Shown here piece by piece: positions 60,284 to 64,000 of a stretch of DNA of 64,000 nucleotides. Numbering within the stretch: the first letter of the stretch is position 1; each line of letters starts with the position of its first letter. The stretch covers positions 1-64,000 of the forward strand of contig JAWAFD010000002.1 in assembly GCA_038890745.1 (NCBI GenBank). Direction: 5' to 3'. The notes under the pieces are model-generated. The model was given only the letters and a program-made list of their open reading frames with translations, was not told where the DNA came from and searched no databases. Source of the DNA: Candidatus Anstonellales archaeon (GTDB lineage: Archaea; Micrarchaeota; Micrarchaeia; Anstonellales; J096). A program made the position numbers and the translations under genes.

Positions 60284-61063
60284 ATGATAGAGTATATAAT
60301 ATATTTTGTTGTTGGGATTTTTGCTGGCGTAATCGGTGGACTGCTTGGTACTGGTGGTTGCGCGTTGATGATGCCAGTTTTGCGTTTTGGCTTTGATTTT
60401 CCAGCGGCGTTTGCTGTAGGAACAACCTTAACCGCAGTGGTTTTCACGGCCGCATCCGGGGCGATTCAGCACATGAAAATGGGCAATGTTGATAAGCAAA
60501 CTGCGATATTTACCGGCATTTCTGGAATTTTGGGTGTGATCATTGGTTCAATCATTTTTATGTACATAAGCAGTCAAAGCGCAATGATAGACCTTATTGT
60601 AGGGGTCGCTTTTTTGGTTGTTTCTATCCGCATGATCTATGAAGGGGTAGTTCTAAAACAACCGGCTGTATCAAAGTCAAAAAACATTCCGGGCAAGCCG
60701 GTTTCGAAAGGAATTCTTGGAGCCGGGGTGGGTATGCTGACTGGGGTAATAGGTTTGGGCGGTGGCTATGCTCTTGTACCATCATATATCCTTCTTTTTA
60801 AGGCTCCAGTAAAACTCGCAATTGGAACATCCATGGCGGCATTTTTTTGGATTGCTCTTGTGGGGGCGCTTTTCAAGATCTACAATGGAGTTGTAGACCT
60901 CCCAGTGGCAGTGGCTTTAGGTTTTGGGGCTCTTATAGGTGCGATATACGGTGCAAAACTTGTTGCAAGGTTTAAGCCAAATATACTGAAAACATTGTTC
61001 GGTATTTTATTTTTCTATGTTTCCCTAAAATACATTTTGGTTTACTTTAATATCTATATCTAA
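60284..61063 (+). CDS. TauE/SafE (TSUP) family transporter
   Basis: GLLGTGG and GVIGLGGG repeats, A.GT motifs. Confidence 0.92.
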   Translation: MIEYIIYFVVGIFAGVIGGLLGTGGCALMMPVLRFGFDFPAAFAVGTTLTAVVFTAASGAIQHMKMGNVDKQTAIFTGISGILGVIIGSIIFMYISSQSAMIDLIVGVAFLVVSIRMIYEGVVLKQPAVSKSKNIPGKPVSKGILGAGVGMLTGVIGLGGGYALVPSYILLFKAPVKLAIGTSMAAFFWIALVGALFKIYNGVVDLPVAVALGFGALIGAIYGAKLVARFKPNILKTLFGILFFYVSLKYILVYFNIYI

Positions 61064-61074
61064 TATCTAACCTT

Positions 61075-61257
61075 ATGGCAAAAGGAATGGCTGTTGGCAC
61101 AGCCCTTGTCCTCATGATGTCCATTACCGCGCTTTCATTTCCACAGCTCCTAATACTCAGAAGGGTTGTGAAAATAAAGCTCCTGGCCGTTCTTGTGGCG
61201 GTACTTGCGGTTTCGTTCATTTTTATTGGGTATGTGTTGAATTTTATTCTGCAATAG
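61075..61257 (+). pseudogene. C-terminal fragment of an ArsP/DUF318-type permease
   Basis: KGMAVGTALVLMM..LSFPQL.IL resembles the permease C-terminus only. Confidence 0.6.
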
Positions 61258-61308
61258 GCTATTCAGCAAACTACAATCAATTTAAACATTTTGTTTTTTA
61301 TTTTCCCC

Positions 61309-61521
61309 ATGGCTGTTAAAATAAATTATGAGGGATGCATTCTCTGCGCTGGCTGCGCTGCTGTATGCCCAAAGAGCGCACTAGAACTTGTTGGTACAAG
61401 GATAGAGCACTACCCAGAAAAATGCATAAGCTGTGGAATATGCGTGAAGGCATGCCCTGCGAATGTGATCTCGCTCGTTAAGGCGAGCGAAAAAATAAAA
61501 AAACCAAAGAAGAGAAAGTGA
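61309..61521 (+). CDS. 2x[4Fe-4S] ferredoxin
   Basis: Two CxxCxxCxxxCP motifs. Confidence 0.93.
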   Translation: MAVKINYEGCILCAGCAAVCPKSALELVGTRIEHYPEKCISCGICVKACPANVISLVKASEKIKKPKKRK

Positions 61522-61525
61522 TCTT

Positions 61526-62734
61526 ATGGAAGAGTATGACATTCTCGTTATAGGTTCTGGACCAGCAGGCTCAACATTTGCGAGGATTGTTGCATCTGAA
61601 AGAGAGGTTCTCGTCGTGGATAAGAGAAAGCAGGTTGGGGTGCCGGTAAGATGCGGGGAAGGGCTTGGTGCAAGGGAGGTTTTGGCCCAAGGTCTTGAAC
61701 TTCCAAAGCATGTTATTTCAACAGAAATTTTGGGTGCGAAGGTTGTTGGGCCAAGAGGGGAAAAAATAGTATGGAAGGATGAAGAGACAAAGGGCTGGGT
61801 TCTTGAAAGAAAGGCATTTGACCAATGGCTCGCAGAACTCGCAACAAAAAAAGGAGCAAAAATAAAGGTTTACACGCGCGCCCTTGATATCAAAAGGGAT
61901 GGTGATGGATTTGTTGTAAAGCTTCAGCACGGCGCGGACGAGCCATACGAGGTAAAAGCAAAACTTGTGGTTTCTGCAGAAGGGATGGAAGCCCACATTG
62001 CAAGAAAGATGGGTTTTAATGCTATTCACTCTCTTTATGATGTTGATACATGCTACGAGTATGAGATGGCGCCATACAATCATGAAAACCTGATTGAGTT
62101 GTATTTTGGAAATAATGTCGCACCGAGAGGATATGTGTGGATTTTCCCAAAAGCGGATAAGAAGGCAAATGTTGGAATAGGAATAGGCGCGCATCTTGTA
62201 ACAGGAAAAAAACGCGGGGGGCTTGATGGCGCAACCCCAAGAACTTTTCTGGATAGATTTATACAAGAGCATTCTGAGCTAAGGGATGCAAGTGTATACA
62301 ACGATTTTGGAGGGATTATAAGCGTGGGTGCTCCGATGGATTCTTTTGTGAAGGACAATTTCCTTGTTGTTGGTACCGCAGCAAAGCAGGTTGATCCGAT
62401 ACATGGCGGAGGAATCGCGCTTGCGATGGAGGCTGCTGCCCTTGCAGGAAACGCGGCGTTGCGAGGATTCCATGAGAAAAATCTTTCAGCTGATTTTCTC
62501 TACAGGTACTATGAAAAGCCGTGGAGGGAAACAGCGGGTAAGAAGATGGCAAAGAGGCTCCTTCTGAGAAAGGTATTGGAAAAACTGAACGATGATGATT
62601 TGAGCCACATTTTCTCAACCATAGCAGATTCAGATTTAAACCAGGTTATGAAGGGGAATTTTGCAGGGCCTGTTGCAAAGGCGGTTGCAGGAAGGCCGCA
62701 GCTACTTAAAGTGCTTTCTGCTCTGTTGGGTTAA
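61526..62734 (+). CDS. Digeranylgeranylglycerophospholipid reductase
   Basis: GSGPAG, PVRCGEG, PRGYVWIFPK, GGGI; preceded by a ferredoxin. Confidence 0.92.
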   Translation: MEEYDILVIGSGPAGSTFARIVASEREVLVVDKRKQVGVPVRCGEGLGAREVLAQGLELPKHVISTEILGAKVVGPRGEKIVWKDEETKGWVLERKAFDQWLAELATKKGAKIKVYTRALDIKRDGDGFVVKLQHGADEPYEVKAKLVVSAEGMEAHIARKMGFNAIHSLYDVDTCYEYEMAPYNHENLIELYFGNNVAPRGYVWIFPKADKKANVGIGIGAHLVTGKKRGGLDGATPRTFLDRFIQEHSELRDASVYNDFGGIISVGAPMDSFVKDNFLVVGTAAKQVDPIHGGGIALAMEAAALAGNAALRGFHEKNLSADFLYRYYEKPWRETAGKKMAKRLLLRKVLEKLNDDDLSHIFSTIADSDLNQVMKGNFAGPVAKAVAGRPQLLKVLSALLG

Positions 62735-62765
62735 GATTTAAAAATTTGCACTCCCCATTCTGTCT

Positions 62766-64000
62766 ATGAGTGTGATCGAGACGCGGTATAGAACTGAGAT
62801 GGCGGATATTTTTAGCGATGAGAACAGAATAAGAAAATGGGCTGAGGTTGAGCTTGCCCTTCTGAAGGCACATGCAAAACTTGGAAATGTTCCAAAGGAA
62901 GCTGTTCCTGCTGTTGAAAAAGCGGTGAAGGAGATCTCGCTGAAGCGAGTCGAAGAAATTGAAAAAGAGACCCATCATGACCTAATGGCGGTCGTAAAGG
63001 CGATTGCTGAAAAAAGCGGAAAATATGGCGAGTATATCCATCTTGGTGCAACAAGCTATGATATTGAGGACACCGCAACTGCGTTGATTTTCCGTGAAGC
63101 GTTTGACCTTATTGAAAAAAGAATGCTTCTTTTAGGAAAAGAACTGAAGGCAAAGGCGCTGAAATATAAAAATAATGTTTGCATAGGAAGAACGCATGGC
63201 CAGCATGCAATCCCAACAACCATAGGAATGAAGTTTGCCCTTTACTACTCCGATAACAAAAGAAATCTTGAGCGATTGAAGGAACTTAGGAGGAGGGTTG
63301 AGGTGGGGAAGATAAGGGGAGCGGTCGGGAACTACGCTAGCTTTGAGAATTATGGTTTTGAGAAAGTTGAGGAACTCGTTCTGAAAGAGCTTAAGCTTGG
63401 AAAAGCAGATGTTTCAAACCAGATAATCCAAAGGGATGTGCATGCAAGCGCCATGTTTTTCTTGGCCGTTGTTGCATCCAATCTTGAGAAGATTGCGAAG
63501 GAGATAAGGAATTTAAGCAGGACAGAGATTGCAGAATGGTTTGAGCCATTTGGGAAAAAGCAGGTTGGTTCTTCAACCATGCCCCAGAAAAGAAACCCGC
63601 ACAAAAGTGAGAGGATATGCTCCCTTGCAAGGGTTGTTCGCGCGAATGTTCAGGTGGCTCTTGAGAACATCGCGCTGGAGCATGAAAGGGATTTGACCAA
63701 CTCAGCAAACGAAAGGATAATCTGGCCAACGAGTTTTTGTATTACTGACTACATGCTCAAGCAAATGATAGAACTGATGAGCGGGCTTGAGGTTGATGTT
63801 AAGAAGGCAAGGGAGAACGTAGATATCACAAAGGGCGGCGTTTATGCTGAAAGGCTTATGCTCGCGCTTTCAAAGAAAATAGGAAGGCAGAGGGCGCATG
63901 AGGTTGTAAGGGAGCTTACGCTTTCAGGAAAAGGGAAAAACCTTCAGGAGATTTTTGAAAAGAGCAGATATGGAAAACTGATCGATAAGAAAGAAATAGA
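62766..64000 (+). CDS. purB: Adenylosuccinate lyase (runs off window end; absent from ORF track)
   Basis: THHDLMA, HLGATSYDIEDT, GRTHGQHA, GSSTMPQKRNP. Confidence 0.95.
   Translation, partial: MSVIETRYRTEMADIFSDENRIRKWAEVELALLKAHAKLGNVPKEAVPAVEKAVKEISLKRVEEIEKETHHDLMAVVKAIAEKSGKYGEYIHLGATSYDIEDTATALIFREAFDLIEKRMLLLGKELKAKALKYKNNVCIGRTHGQHAIPTTIGMKFALYYSDNKRNLERLKELRRRVEVGKIRGAVGNYASFENYGFEKVEELVLKELKLGKADVSNQIIQRDVHASAMFFLAVVASNLEKIAKEIRNLSRTEIAEWFEPFGKKQVGSSTMPQKRNPHKSERICSLARVVRANVQVALENIALEHERDLTNSANERIIWPTSFCITDYMLKQMIELMSGLEVDVKKARENVDITKGGVYAERLMLALSKKIGRQRAHEVVRELTLSGKGKNLQEIFEKSRYGKLIDKKEI

Overview
This is a gene-dense archaeal chromosome segment. The housekeeping set (rps19e-PDCD5-rpl39e-rpl31e-aIF6-rplX-pfdA-ftsY operon, thermosome, SRP54, DTD2, archaeal TpiA, two geranylgeranyl reductases, thiolase/DUF35) plus compact genes and many secreted orphans suggests a DPANN (Micrarchaeota-like) lineage; that placement is inference. 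The standout is a structured ~136-nt repeat element. It sits as a bulge-helix-bulge (BHB) intron at the same T-loop position (59/60) in two different tRNAs (Ser-CGA and Thr-CGT; 92/96 identical over the first 96 nt), and it also occurs as rearranged tandem modules at 1-278, one of them interrupted by a MITE-like palindrome. Other candidates: a very divergent class Ia aminoacyl-tRNA-synthetase-like gene coupled to a RimJ/RimL GNAT; a reversed AbiE-like toxin-antitoxin pair with an operator-like inverted repeat inside a pilus ATPase-TadC operon; an RsmA/KsgA-transglutaminase fusion; a catalytically degenerate M50-like protein beside a BofA-like gene; and an unannotated 31-aa hyperacidic peptide gene. 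All calls come from motif recognition by eye; no searches were run.
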